A DNA stretch of 63,555 bases, counting the filler, from Reticulomyxa filosa (lineage: Eukaryota > Protista > Foraminifera): the NCBI GenBank assembly GCA_000512085.1. It is 18 parts of 18 records of this genome, joined end to end, with 100 filler letters (N's around TTAATTAATTAA, not from the genome) between each part and the next. Parts side by side here need not be neighbours in the genome. Positions count along the whole stretch, not along the records: positions 10,471 to 14,952 come from ASPP01022446.1; positions 15,053 to 19,315 come from ASPP01019871.1; positions 19,416 to 27,670 come from ASPP01034369.1; 15 more parts are not named here. One strand, written 5' to 3'. The position numbers and the translations under genes were made by a program. Below are positions 10,900 to 23,400 of this stretch, piece after piece. The number at the start of each line of letters is the position of its first letter. The stretch's first letter is position 1. The notes under the pieces are model-generated. The model searched no databases and was not told where the DNA came from. It saw only the letters and a program-made list of their open reading frames with translations.

Positions 10900-13800
10900 A
10901 TAAAATATTATCTGCGTATTCACTCAGCAGGACCCAATGCCACCAACACATTGCTAATATCCAAGCTGTTTTCTTGATGCGCCAAATAATGGAGTGGCCT
11001 TTGAATCGTCGATCCAATTTGTTGACTGGCACGACGTTGTTGATTTTTTGTAACAAATGCACAACAACATTGGTTCTTCCGCGCGCGCGCACACCAAATT
11101 GAATTGTGGAATACAGCAGAGCGCGCAAAGTCGCCACCCGCGAATGTGAAGAGTCATTCCCTAACGAAAGTAGAGCATTTTTTTCTTTTTAAAACAAATC
11201 CAACGTAGTATCGTTGGAATGTTCTTTCTCTTCATCATCACACTCTTCCTCTTCTTGTTTGCAGATGATGTCAGCTTGAGTTTCGCAACACTCATCCACC
11301 AAACTGAGCCACGATATCGGGAAGAATAGTTCAATGTGATAGTGGCTCACTTGACCGCAATGATGTGATTATTTATTTATTTCATAACAACGTTGTCTTT
11401 TTTTTTTTGTCTTCTATTTCTTCGGCCAAACCAGTCAATGCTGTCGTTACGATACCGCAATATCACACTATCGTTTCCATTTTGCACAATATTATCACAT
11501 CTTTTTTTTTTTTCTTTCTTCTTACAAGTTGTTCTTCTTCACGATTCCTCCCATCAACATACTCACGGATTAAAATCCAAAGTTGCGAATGTGCGTATGC
11601 ACACTACCAGTTTCTACACGAATTTTCAGTCTCTACGTTTACAAAATTAGCATCATTCCATAACGATCGAGTGTTCTTTGTTCGTTGGTGCCGGTGGGTC
11701 GCAATTCAACACCTTCTTTGGTGATATTCCGTGCCAACAATAATCCGCAGAGACTTTTGTGGGCATACGTCGATGATAAACGCTCTTGCCGATGCTTCAG
11801 GTTGCCACTGCTTAAAATTTCCGCACTTGTTCAATATTTTTCATTGGGAAACGATATGTAAAGTTAGTCCACGCCTTCGAGTGGCGAATTTGCGCTTTTT
11901 CCAGGCATAAAGAACAAATTCAACTAGATATGGCCCCTCGGAATTCTTTTTCTCTTCTTCATCTCACTCTTATTCCTTGTCGGTTGTCTTGACGCGAGTT
12001 TCGCGCAACCCCATCTACCGAATTGAGCCACTCTAACGTGGAACGATTTTTCTGGTGTAGTCGTTTGCTCGATCTCAATGTGAATTATTTTCTAACAGCG
12101 CCCGCGTTCTTTTTTTTTTCAAATCGCCATTCACTTCTTCGGTTAGTCCAGTCACTGCCGCCGTTGCGACACCACCATGTTGCTATCACTTTCACTTTGC
12201 ACGATATCATCATCTTCTTTTTTTTTCTCTTTGGCGGGCTTGCTTTCGTAATCGGGTGGCGCCAAGGTCCAGATTGCTCGGGATTGGTCTGTGAAAATCT
12301 TGCTCCACTGCTTCAGTGCCACCATGCAATGGACATCTTCCAACTACGAAGTTTATCCAATCTCGTTGTCCTTGTGATAAGGGGCACATTTTGGCCTTGG
12401 ATAATACTCGTTATTGAAAATTTGCGCATACCTCACACTATGCGTCCATTCGATAATTTTTGCATCGGAGACCTAACGAGGGAGGGTACTATTTGTCTTT
12501 TCCTTTTTTTTTTTTGGTATATTTTGTTCTTCGTTCTTGCTTTCTTGAGTGCCGTCCAACAAGTCGCATGTAGTCCACTGGAGGCAGTTCAGCAAAGACA
12601 ATATGCGCTTGTTCGACAAACGCAAGGCAAAACTCTTGAAGTGATGGATTCGGGAAAATGCAACTAACTTCTGTTTTCCTTCATCGATCAACAATGCTAA
12701 TGTCTTGCGAGCTCACGATTCCTCCATCATCACACGTGCGACTCAAAATACAAAGTTGCGAATGTGCGTACGCACACAACCAGTTTCGATTGTTGTCCTA
12801 CGTTCATAAAGTCAGCGCCATTTGCATAACAACCGAGTTTTTTTTTGGTTTGTTGATGCCTGTAGATTGCAGTTCGACTTCCTCTTTGATGCTGTGCCGC
12901 GCTAAGAGTTATCACAATAGACTTGTGCGCGCCTATGTCTGGCAGTAGAAACACGAAGCATTGGAAAGAGCTTGTTTGCCATCAACATTGCCACAATTGT
13001 TCAGTATTTTCCATTGCGGGCGTGGACTAACTTTACATATCGCGCACCGAGTGGCGGATTTGCGCGTTTCCAGATATGAAGAACAAATCCAATGCGATGT
13101 TGCCTTGGAATACTCTTTCTCTTCTTGTGGCCGGTGTCTTGGTGTGAGTTTCGCAAAACTCTTCCACCAAATTGATCCATCTCACACTGAACGATTCCCA
13201 ATGTAGTGGTTGCTCGATTACAATGAATATTTTTTGACAACTTTCGCGCTATTTCTTCACTCGATTTCCACTTTTTCGTAAGTCCAGTCACTGCCTCCTA
13301 GACACCATAATATTGATATCTTTTTTTCACTTTGCACAATATCACCGTCTTTTTTTTCTTCTTGTTTGCAATTGATCTGAGTGTGTGAAAATGTAACAAA
13401 TGCAAAGTGTTGAGTCATACTAAACAAGTCTATCGTCGGCACATTGTCGAACAAGCACCTATTATCTTTGTTGGATTGTCCAGGATCGACTAACGCGATG
13501 CAGCAACTTTTGCAGCGATAGTGTCAAAAATATAACAAGTCTTTTTGTTTCTCGCTCTCTATCTTCACCAATGCCAAATGTCGCTTGCAAGTTCACTCAT
13601 CCTATTAGCACACTCATGAACAAAAGTCCAAAGTTGCGCATACGCGCACGTACACTATCGGTCTCGATAATAGCGAACTAATCGATTATTTTGCGTCCAT
13701 AATATCTGCTCCAATTTTCACAACATTTAGTTTCACTCAGTCGTCGGCACTATCTTGGTGCTTTGACACTCCAATGATAATCCACATATACTTGTTCGCC
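10900..13800 (-). pseudogene. decayed tandem array of units encoding RanBP2-type zinc-finger-like motifs
   Basis: Recurrent anchors AAAGTTGCG(A/C)AT at ~11579, 12752 and 13630, and CCAGTCA(A/C)TGC at ~11431, 12148 and 13284. Minus-strand translations WICSSYLETRKSATRCAICK, *ICSLCLEK and WLCAYAHSQLC are interrupted by many stops. Confidence 0.55.
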
Positions 13801-13849
13801 ACCAACGTAGGCACACGCACAAGTCTTTCCAATGTTTCCAATTGCCATT

Positions 13850-14280
13850 CGTTGTTGTTGTTCTCCTTCTTCTCCTTATTCTCATTTTCTTTCTTTTCTT
13901 CATTTTCTTTCTTCTTTTTTCTTCTTATTTTTTATTTTTCTCTATTTTTTCCATTTTCCTTTTTTTCTCTTTTTTTTTTTCTTTTTCTCTTTTTATTATT
14001 TTTTTTAATTTTTTTTCCAATTGCCAACTTTTTTTTTTTCATTTCACAATCTTTTTTCATTTATCATTCTTTTTTTCATTTTTTTTTCTTTCTAATTCTT
14101 TTTTCATTTTTTTCCTTTTTCTTAATAAAAATTTTTTTCTCTTTATTTTTTCCCTCCCTTTTTTCCATCATATTTTTCCCTCCTTTTTTTTCCCTCCATT
14201 TTTTCCCCCCATTTCTTTTCCCAAAAATTTTCCCTATCCTCAAATAAAAATAAAAAATAAAAAATAAAAAACAAAAAAAA
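13850..14280. repeat. strongly strand-skewed polypyrimidine low-complexity tract
   Basis: About 400 bp almost entirely T/C, followed by (AATAAAA)n. The Phe-rich ORFs here are artefacts. Confidence 0.85.
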
Positions 14281-15052
14281 CTTTCCAATCTTTTGCTCTT
14301 GCTCCTATAAACACATTCAAACTAAAATATTTTTTTTTTTTAAAGAAAAAAACAAACATACTTTGACCATGGAGCTAAAGCTCCAATTCCAATCTTCCTA
14401 TATTTTTTCTTGTCACGGGGAGGGGGCACAAACACTTTTTTTGATGGGGGGCATGCCTATTCACAAACAAATATCTTATAAAAAAAATAAAAAAATAAAA
14501 ATAAAAATAGACCTTTTTATTTTTTTTTGAACACGGGGTATGGCTTCAACCCCTAAGTTTTTCTTTAGATGGTGTGGACGTATTTTTTATTTTTTATTTT
14601 TTTTGATAGACGGGTTGCGGCTGTCATTAAAAACACATCAAGTTAATTTCATCAACAAAAATATATATATATAACAAACCTTGTTCTCTCCTTGCGGAGA
14701 CGGTGGGCCTTACCCCATAATCTTTTTTTTTTTTCTTTTGTTGAAGGATGCACAGCATCCAAACAAAAAAACCATTTTTAAAAAAAGTGGACTGTTGTTG
14801 AAAAGAGCAAAACCACTTTTTTTTAAGCTTGAAAGATTATTTTAAAAAACAAAAAAGACATACTAGTGGAAGAGGGTGTAATCACCCTAATTACGAGTTT
14901 GTACGACAGACAGAGACAACCAAAAAAAAAAAAAAAAAAGACCTTTTTTTTTNNNNNNNNNNNNNNNNNNNNNNNNNNNNNNNNNNNNNNNNNNNNTTAA
15001 TTAATTAANNNNNNNNNNNNNNNNNNNNNNNNNNNNNNNNNNNNNNNNNNNN

Positions 15053-15089
<37 letters not shown>

Positions 15090-15296
15090 TGTCATACATA
15101 AATATTTATACATATTTATATATGTATATACACGTATACACATCTACATATGTGTACAAATGCATGGATTCACTCATCTTAATGTATGTGTGCGTGTGTG
15201 TGTGTGTGTTTTTTTTTTTTTAAAAATAAATGAAATAAAAAAAAAAGATCGAAACCAGAAGAAAGCACAAATCTAAGCATATCCGCAAATCGCAAG

Positions 15297-17400
15297 ATGT
15301 CGTTTACCACGCAAGCGGCACAGAGATTTGCGTCGCAAGTGAATCAAAAGCTTAACGCAGCTCGCCAAACGCCAGTGCTGTCGGGACAAGCCGGTGTAGT
15401 GATCAATAATGAGATGACGATGATGGACACCTCAGAAAAGGATAGAGACAGAGACAAAGAGAAGGACAAAGAAAAGGAAAAGGAAAAGAAAAAGAAAAAG
15501 AAAAAGAAAAAGAAAAGGAAAGGAAAAAGAAGAAAAAGAAAAGGAAAAAGAAAAAGGAAAGAAACGAAAAGAGAGCAATCTTTCCAAGCCAAATGGTAAT
15601 TCGAAAAAGGTATTGGATATTCGACACAACGAAGAGAGCGTGCCATTGGAGACGCCATCGCCCAAGTCATCCAAACACAAGCCCAAGGCGAGTTACAGCG
15701 CGCATACGAAGAGCTACAGTCTGAGTTACAGCGGTAAGAAGAGCCAGCACAATTACGTGCCTCCACGAGTGGAGATGCAGCTGCATCAAGCAAGTTACGA
15801 AAGCACCAATATCTATGGCAACAAAGACGATCGCAATGACAATGACAATAATGATGACGATGACGATGACGACAATAACTATAGCTATTGTTATGACACG
15901 TATGACAATGACAACAACAACAGCAATCGCAATCTTAATCACAACAAAAATTATAGCAATAAATACAATAGTCATAACAATGTCAACACCAATGGCAATG
16001 GCAATAGAAACAGTAATGGCAATAAAAATAGAAATAGCAATAGCAATGGCAATAAAAATAGAAATAGCAATAGCAATGGCAATAGAAATAGTAATAGCAA
16101 TGCTAACGTGAGTCTAAGTTATTATCGCAAAAGGAAATACGAAAAAACACCAAAGAGAAGCGACCGTCGTCCTCTTCAAACCAAACATTCGAGAAACAGC
16201 AGCGCCGGCCAAAGAGGTTCCGACGAAAACCTGCCCCCTGTGGCAAAAGTTCAATTTGTTCGAAGACATCGCAGTTCCCAAAATCATCGCCAATATCACG
16301 AGCAAACGCAGTCTTCCCATCGGTTTTAATTTCTTTTACATTCATCTTTTTTGTTTTGTTTTTTTTTTTTCTCCAAAAAAAAAAAAAAAAAATGTATACG
16401 TATTGTTTTTTTTTTCTCTCTCCCCCAAAAAAAAAACTTGTCTGACAAATGACCAAAATGGGGGGGAAAAGATCGTTGGCGTACAAGTCAGCTCCTACCT
16501 CACCCGAACCTGGACTTTCGAAGCCCCTTTCGTTGGCCGATCACTTGCCTTATAGCGAATCCCCGGTGCCCTTTCTGTTGGGTAGCGAGAGCTTGCGCAA
16601 CACGCAGCACCCTCCTCCCCCTTCGTTGCGAGTCCAGACGAAGGCTCGCAGCATTCATTGGCCCCCCATTGGCAACATGTCCCCTCCCGTGCCTGGAGAG
16701 CACTCTTTGCATAATAATGGTAATGGTAATGGCAAACCTCCAAACAGTCCACTGAAGAAACAAGCATTCACGCCTACTGCACCTCGACAAGGAACTCCGT
16801 CGTCGCTCACTTTAACTGGCAACGCTCCGGTCATGACACCCGATCATGATCCCATCGATGTACCTCAAGCCCCTTTCTTTGCGCCTTCGGCCATCACGAA
16901 ACAGCCCACGGTCGGGTACGAAGAAGAAAAAGTCGAGCTGGACAATGCCAGCAGTCAAGAAAGTGACGTGGATAGGTCCGTCGATAACCGCCCCAATCGC
17001 AACAGCAACTACCACGACAGGGACTCGTTCTTGTTCCCCTCCGATCATGCTTTTGTGTCGCCGTCGCAACTCGTGCAAACTCAAACGCGCTTTCAACACA
17101 AGCTCAGTCAGGATATACTGAACATTCAAGAAGGAGATGAGGATGCGGAGGAAGATGATGAAGAGGAAGACGACGAAGAAGTGGAAGAACAAAAGTCACC
17201 CATGCCTTCTCACAAGGTAAATTTTTATCATTTGATTAATTTGTTTAAAAAAATATGTATATTGTTTAATTTATATATGTATACATATACATATATATAT
17301 ATATGTGTATATACGTATATGTGTGTAATCCCTTCATTTAAAGCTGCTGAACGATTTCCATCCTCTCCTCGACGATGGATACTCATTACAAAATGACGAA
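15297..17400 (+). CDS. hypothetical low-complexity protein fragment (KE, Asn/Ser, Pro-rich and acidic tracts; multi-exon)
   Basis: ORFs 15297-15599, 15613-16329 and 16449-17396 have higher GC than the flanks and are separated by poly-T/A intron-like segments. No recognisable domain. Confidence 0.55.
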
Positions 17401-18489
17401 ACCATACCAAGTGCGTCGCGAAAATATACTTTCCCGTTATATGCCGAGTCGGATAAGCATGATCATAACGATCGACGCAAAGTTCAGCATGTCCTTCACA
17501 ATGGAATCAGCACTTGCACTGGTCCGACACCACGAATCTTCGGTCGCATTTGAACTTGATTTGGTTAGTATACATGTTGTTTTTGCCTCTTTTTTTTTCC
17601 CCTTGCCATTGTTTGTTTCCTTACCCTTTTTGTTTTTTTCTCCCTCCTCCTTTTTAATTCCCTCTTGAAATTGCTTTCTCTTGGTACATGACGTTTTCGT
17701 GGGTGACATGTATCTTTATGTTGGCAGTTGCAAATAATAATAAGTAAAAAAAAAATAAAATTAAAGAAGTCTTTTATCATTATAATCATCTTCACACTCC
17801 TGGTTGGATTTGTTTTTTTCCCTTGTTCTTTTGTGGTTTTTTTTTATCTGACGTTTTCGACTGTACATTTTTTTGGAGCTACCATGAAAAGTGTCAATTT
17901 TACTTATCATGTTTGGTAACTTGTCTTTACTGGTGTGGGTTCTTTTTTTTCCCTTGTTCGACGGACTTTTCTTGTTGGGTTCACTTTGACATTGTAATTT
18001 TCTAACCTACATTTGTTCATTTTCTACGGACGAATGACCACAAACATTTTTTGCTCTGGTAAGAACCATTTTATCACGACTATTCTGAAAAAATTAGTTT
18101 TTTGTTTTGCTATGATTTTGGAGAAGAAAACCAAATTAGCGACGAAATCACATCACTATTACTGTTTTTTTTATTAAATGTGAAATGGAGTCTCTAAATA
18201 AACGACTAATGAAAGGGCTTGTCAGAGAAAAGTTACGATTTTGTCACACAAATTCAACACAAAAAAACGACTATTGTTTTAAACAAATGGTCAATGTCGA
18301 ATGAAGACAATCAAAACGAACACTTTGGGAAAAAATGTAAAAAAATACCATAAATAAAAACAACAACAATAAACAATTGTTGCTGATCTGTTGGTTCGAC
18401 AAGCAATTTTTGTTTTAAAAAAAAAAGCATGTATGCAGCGCAGGTAAAAAAAAACGAGTTTTGGGGAAGTTTGAAAAATGATAAATGTA

Positions 18490-19222
18490 TCACAAATGAG
18501 GAGATTTTTGATAAATTCCATTGGACGAATCTCTAACACAACCGTGTTCTTTCAATCTTTTTTCTTGGTCTTGTTGTTTGTCACGGATATACCATTGTCG
18601 GATTTTCAAGTCGGGCAGTAATTCTTGATCAAAATATTGAGGGCATTTTTGAGATGAGAAATACCATTCATCAATCAAGAGAAATTTATCAATTTTGTCA
18701 AATCCATCTGTGGTCCACGAAGCATGAAATAAAAACCAATCATATCCTGGAGATACTTCCTCTTTCGTAGTTTTCGCGTTCACGTTAACTTGAAATCCAC
18801 TAATGAAGTATTTGGTAGTAAGTGTAGCAAAAGACAACATTCGGAATGGTTTCTCATATAACATCATATTCCACACAATTTGATCACTCCTTCCAATCAG
18901 CACAAGTGCAATGCTATTCACCATTGACTCCATGAACAGTTTTGTTCGGCAATTGCTGCGAACCATTATGAAGCCAGAGTTTCCAGGGCCTCTATCATCC
19001 ATGCGACCATCAACTGACATCTAACAAAAAAATCAAATAATAATAGTAATAACAAAAACAATATATACATATATGCATATATATATATATATATTTTTTT
19101 TTTTTTAAAGACTATAAATCGAACAAAACTTGGACATCAATCCCACGAAATTCCAACTTGGACAAATATGGAATGGGATCTTTCTCCAAATGATATCTTG
19201 ATCTTGTAAAATGACATCATGG
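18490..19222 (-). CDS. nucleotide-diphospho-sugar transferase (GT77 / Nucleotid_trans-like), 3' part
   Basis: Upstream exon DVILQDQDIIWRK(D)PIPYL has a DxD motif and one A-run frameshift. Last exon has NSGFIMVRSN, DQIVWN and FHASW. Intron at ~19021-19130. Confidence 0.75.
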
Positions 19223-20450
19223 CTATTTGCAATTTTCCAACAACACAATATATCCTTTTCCAAAATTTGATCGAAGAAGGAGAGAAAGGGATACGGACAT
19301 ATTATGCATGTATATNNNNNNNNNNNNNNNNNNNNNNNNNNNNNNNNNNNNNNNNNNNNTTAATTAATTAANNNNNNNNNNNNNNNNNNNNNNNNNNNNN
19401 NNNNNNNNNNNNNNNTCGCGAATATTGCACATATCAAAAATACGCTTAGTTTTGTTGTCGAGCAAACAATACCAATTAGTTTACTTTTCCTTACAAATTA
19501 AAGTTCACTTCACACTGTGCTTAACAAACTCAGAAAGAGAAGAAAAAAATGTTGAACGAAACGTCCCAGTACTGAAAAATGCACATTCACAAAACTAAAA
19601 AAAGGATTTATTTTGGATTCAATAGATTTGATAAAAGTATTGAATGCAAGGTAATCATTTAGTGACTTTGCGAAAAGACAGAACTGTATGGAAAAAATAT
19701 CATAATCAATATTATTTTATATAATACATATAAGATGCAAACAAATGAAATATTAAACACAAATAGATCTTGGGAAGAGCTCAAATAAATGGATCAAAGA
19801 CGTGCTTAGTGTTTGATATTTAATTGGAGATATTTTTCTTTTTAACGTCGCAAGACTGTTTTTTTTTCTTGGGTTTGTGTTTGAGTCACTTTTTTTGTTA
19901 CTGTAAGACTCCAAAAAATGTAAATATTTGAGTTTGCTGTTAACTCCTTGGGTGACTTAAGACGAATGTTTGATTTTTTTTCTGAAAGCATTTGCCATAT
20001 TAATATATAGTGCAATACGAACATCAGGTGATTTCATGCAAGCAAAAAACTATTGATTGCACTAAGTCGAAAAAACAACAGCTGGTGTTATTTGTTTCGA
20101 AAAATTCATACACATTACGAATAACCAGGTTTTTGGCTTTGTCTTCATAAACAAAACAAAGTAATTAGATTTTTTTAGAAAATTGGAAAAAGTTTATATC
20201 AATAGCAGGTTTCAAAATTGTATATTCATGGAGAAAGGATATTACTTGTTAATGACAATTTTAGGTGTTGCAAGAGTTTTGTGTCCTATGTAGCAATTGC
20301 TAGCAGAGACAAACTTATTTCGATTTTAATACATTGACTTTCCTTACTCAACACTATGCCATAAATTCTGACTGTAAATTTTGAACGCAAGGGAAATCTC
20401 TCAGACTAAAAACAGTAGCCTCACTCGAAAGTGTACATTTATATCAAAAT

Positions 20451-23400
20451 ATGGCGACAGAAAGTAATTTCAAAGATTGGTTAATACAAAAAGGCTTTAA
20501 GGACTATGCAGAATCAATTATCCAAAACGGAGGGATAACCGATTTGGAGGGTTTAAAGGCGGATTTTGATGAAATTTGTGTTATGTTGTCGTTAACCGAG
20601 TCAGAGAAAGACTCATTCAAAATTGTTGTTTTCACAGCAAACACAAATGTTCTCTCTGTAATGCAAGTTCAGTTTTTTAATTTTTCTCTCTTAATCTGTT
20701 TTTTGTAAATTTTTTTTAACTCTTAGCTTCGTCTTTCTACCACGACACACTTTGTAGTGTTTGCTGTTACCCACAGCAGTTTTGTGAAGAACATAGCATT
20801 ACCGAGTTTAAAGAAGCTCTAATTGAAGCAGGTTACACTGACCCAAAGGTATTTTTAAATAAAACAGAAAAGGGATTGAATAAAATTGGAAAAGTAGTTG
20901 GAATGACGGCTGGATCCTTGCGCAAATTTAAAGCTGCAGTTTTAGCACATCAAAGAAAGAAAGAATTTGACGTTAATTCTTTGTGTATTCACCGACTTAT
21001 TTATTTCTTCTATCAGACAGCAATTGCACAAATGAATATTAGAGTGAGTGTATTTTTCTTTTTTAATAGAATTGGTGCCATAACAATGGCTTTGGAAAAT
21101 TTAGCCAAGCCTTAATGGAGCGTGGTATAAAAAGTAATCGTGATTTGGTATCAAAGAGCGAGTCCGATTTGGATGACTTATGCACAAAGTGTGCAATAAG
21201 GATGGGTTTTGCTCGTGCGTTCCACTCCGCTGTGCAAAATTTGCAAAGACAAGATGAGAAGATAGCGGAAGAGAGTATGAACGTCAGTGTCAAAAGCTTA
21301 ACGGAAAGTTGGGAAGAAAAGAATGAAGCAATACAAATATCGCAAGAAGAATTAAAAAAAGAAGAAATGGAGTTAAATGTACAAAATGGCTTGAAAAATA
21401 TTGCTATTTGGCTGTCCAAAATGCAAGACATACAGCAAAAGTATTGGCGACTACATTTGGAAGACATCTTGCATCATCTGCAGAGTGACAACATGGACGA
21501 ATATCTAAACGACTTGAGCCTCAATTTAGTAGATATGAAAAATCAAAGGTATGTACAAATAATAGCAAAGCAAAGGGCAATATCAATTGCTTTTTCATTT
21601 TTCCTGTTATTTTTTTTTTTTGTTTTTTGTGTATGTGTTATTAAATAACACTTGATTAATCTTGTGTGATATTTCTGACTCCATCGGAATGGGGGGTATA
21701 GCCCAGAGGAGTTTGAAATAGAATGCATTTTTCTTGATTTGTGTGGTCTCAAAGTAAGAGAAGCGGATGAAAAAAAAAATGAAGAACAAAAAAAAACATT
21801 TGAGATTTGCGGAAGCATGGATATAGAAATGGTGTCATTGGTGCAAAAAAAGCTATACTTGATCGAACAAATATTAACAACGATAAGCAAAAGTAGAGTC
21901 AATGTTGATGTGGATCACATCAGCGGTATTTTTGGTAACACCTTCGGACACATGTTGCAAACCTTAGGAGTTAACTTACGTAGGTTCGACAATGAACAAA
22001 ATCGAGGCCAAATATATAAACACGCAAGCGGATTTTATGACGACCAGTTTATTGTATTTACATTGCAACAGCTCATACTCGAAGTTCAAGACAGTGTAGT
22101 ACCCTCCAAACCTGTGCTGAATTCCAATCACTTGGAAGCATTTGTCAACTTCATTGGAGGCAAGTCGACCATATCTACCGAGAGTGCCTCTAAAATTAAC
22201 ATGAATGATTTGAGATATTTGAAAATTCACCCAGTTGGATTGTTTGGAACAAAGGAAGAAGTGATTTGGCAATTGCAAACATTGAATTGCATATCCAAAC
22301 CTATGGAAGATATGTTAAGCAGTGAAAAAAATAAAGAGTATCTCTGCACGGGTGTGTATGCAATAATTAATTTGAAAGACTCATTTTTGAAGTTGAACAA
22401 GACTCCAAAAGAGTTGGCATCAATGTCCAGGTCAAGCAGCGTGAATATTGTATTGTTTTTTTGGCCCGATGCAGAATCATTTATAGATATTAAACGAAGT
22501 GACTCTGCTTCCCTTTTTTTTAGGGTATTGTTGGAAGTTTGCCCGACTGTGTGCATGAAGATTTCACAAAAAGAATTGGACCATTTTTATGTCAACAAAC
22601 AAAAAGAGTGCCAAGAAGAACAAAGCATGGGCGGTGGTATTCAAGCCACAATCAAAGAAGAACAAAAGAATGATGTATCTTATGATACCAAAAAAATGCA
22701 GTCGTTTCCAATTGAGAAGGAAAAAAATCAAGATGGCTTAGACACAATCGCAACCTCAAAAAGTGCGTTTGTGATCGAAGGGGCACGATCTACAATCCTG
22801 TGTCATTGTTCTGTTCTAGAAAAAGAAACTGAATTAAGGCTGGTTTCGTTCACTTATTCAAACTATAAAGAATTAACCAATTACATTAAAAAAATTACAC
22901 AAACGCACCGGTTAATACTTTGGAATAAGACATTTAGTACGTGGGAGAAAGTATCCATTTTCGCAAAAGCTATTTGTCCTGAGTTGATTAAGGTCTCAAA
23001 TTATTTTTTTGTGACATATTTTGCCTTTTTCCTTTTAATATTTGCTGTTGTTAATTGGCCAGGAATTTGACCAACAATTACATTCGATAAACGAAAACTA
23101 TAAAACGCAAATTAGTACAGTGCATTCAGCCGCACAAAATCTATATTGTTCCCAAATATCAAGTCTTGAAATTGACTATGGCAAGTTTTTTGCCTATCAA
23201 TGCAAAAGTACAAGTCTCGCAAAGATGAAAGCAGTAGCAAGAGAATTGTCAAAGGAAAGGGTTAATAGATTTTTTCATAACAACTCCAGTACTCTCACTT
23301 GGAAAGAGGATTTTGAAATTGGTTACAAAGCATTGACAAAATGGATTCCGGACACTGCATTTTATCATTCCTTTTGGCACAGTTATCATAAAGATTTGGA

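Noticed and set aside
10693-11157. Possible tyrosine recombinase or transposase relic (…KVKWSDID…)
   Set aside because: Only a short resemblance. No R-H-R-Y or DDE motif set, terminal repeats or target-site duplication could be found.
13774-14288. Phe-rich 'membrane protein' and Lys-rich ORFs (also 59695-60134)
   Set aside because: Translations of T-rich or A-rich low-complexity tracts.
14540-14900. CCCTAA words as telomeric repeats
   Set aside because: Isolated single occurrences with no tandem array.
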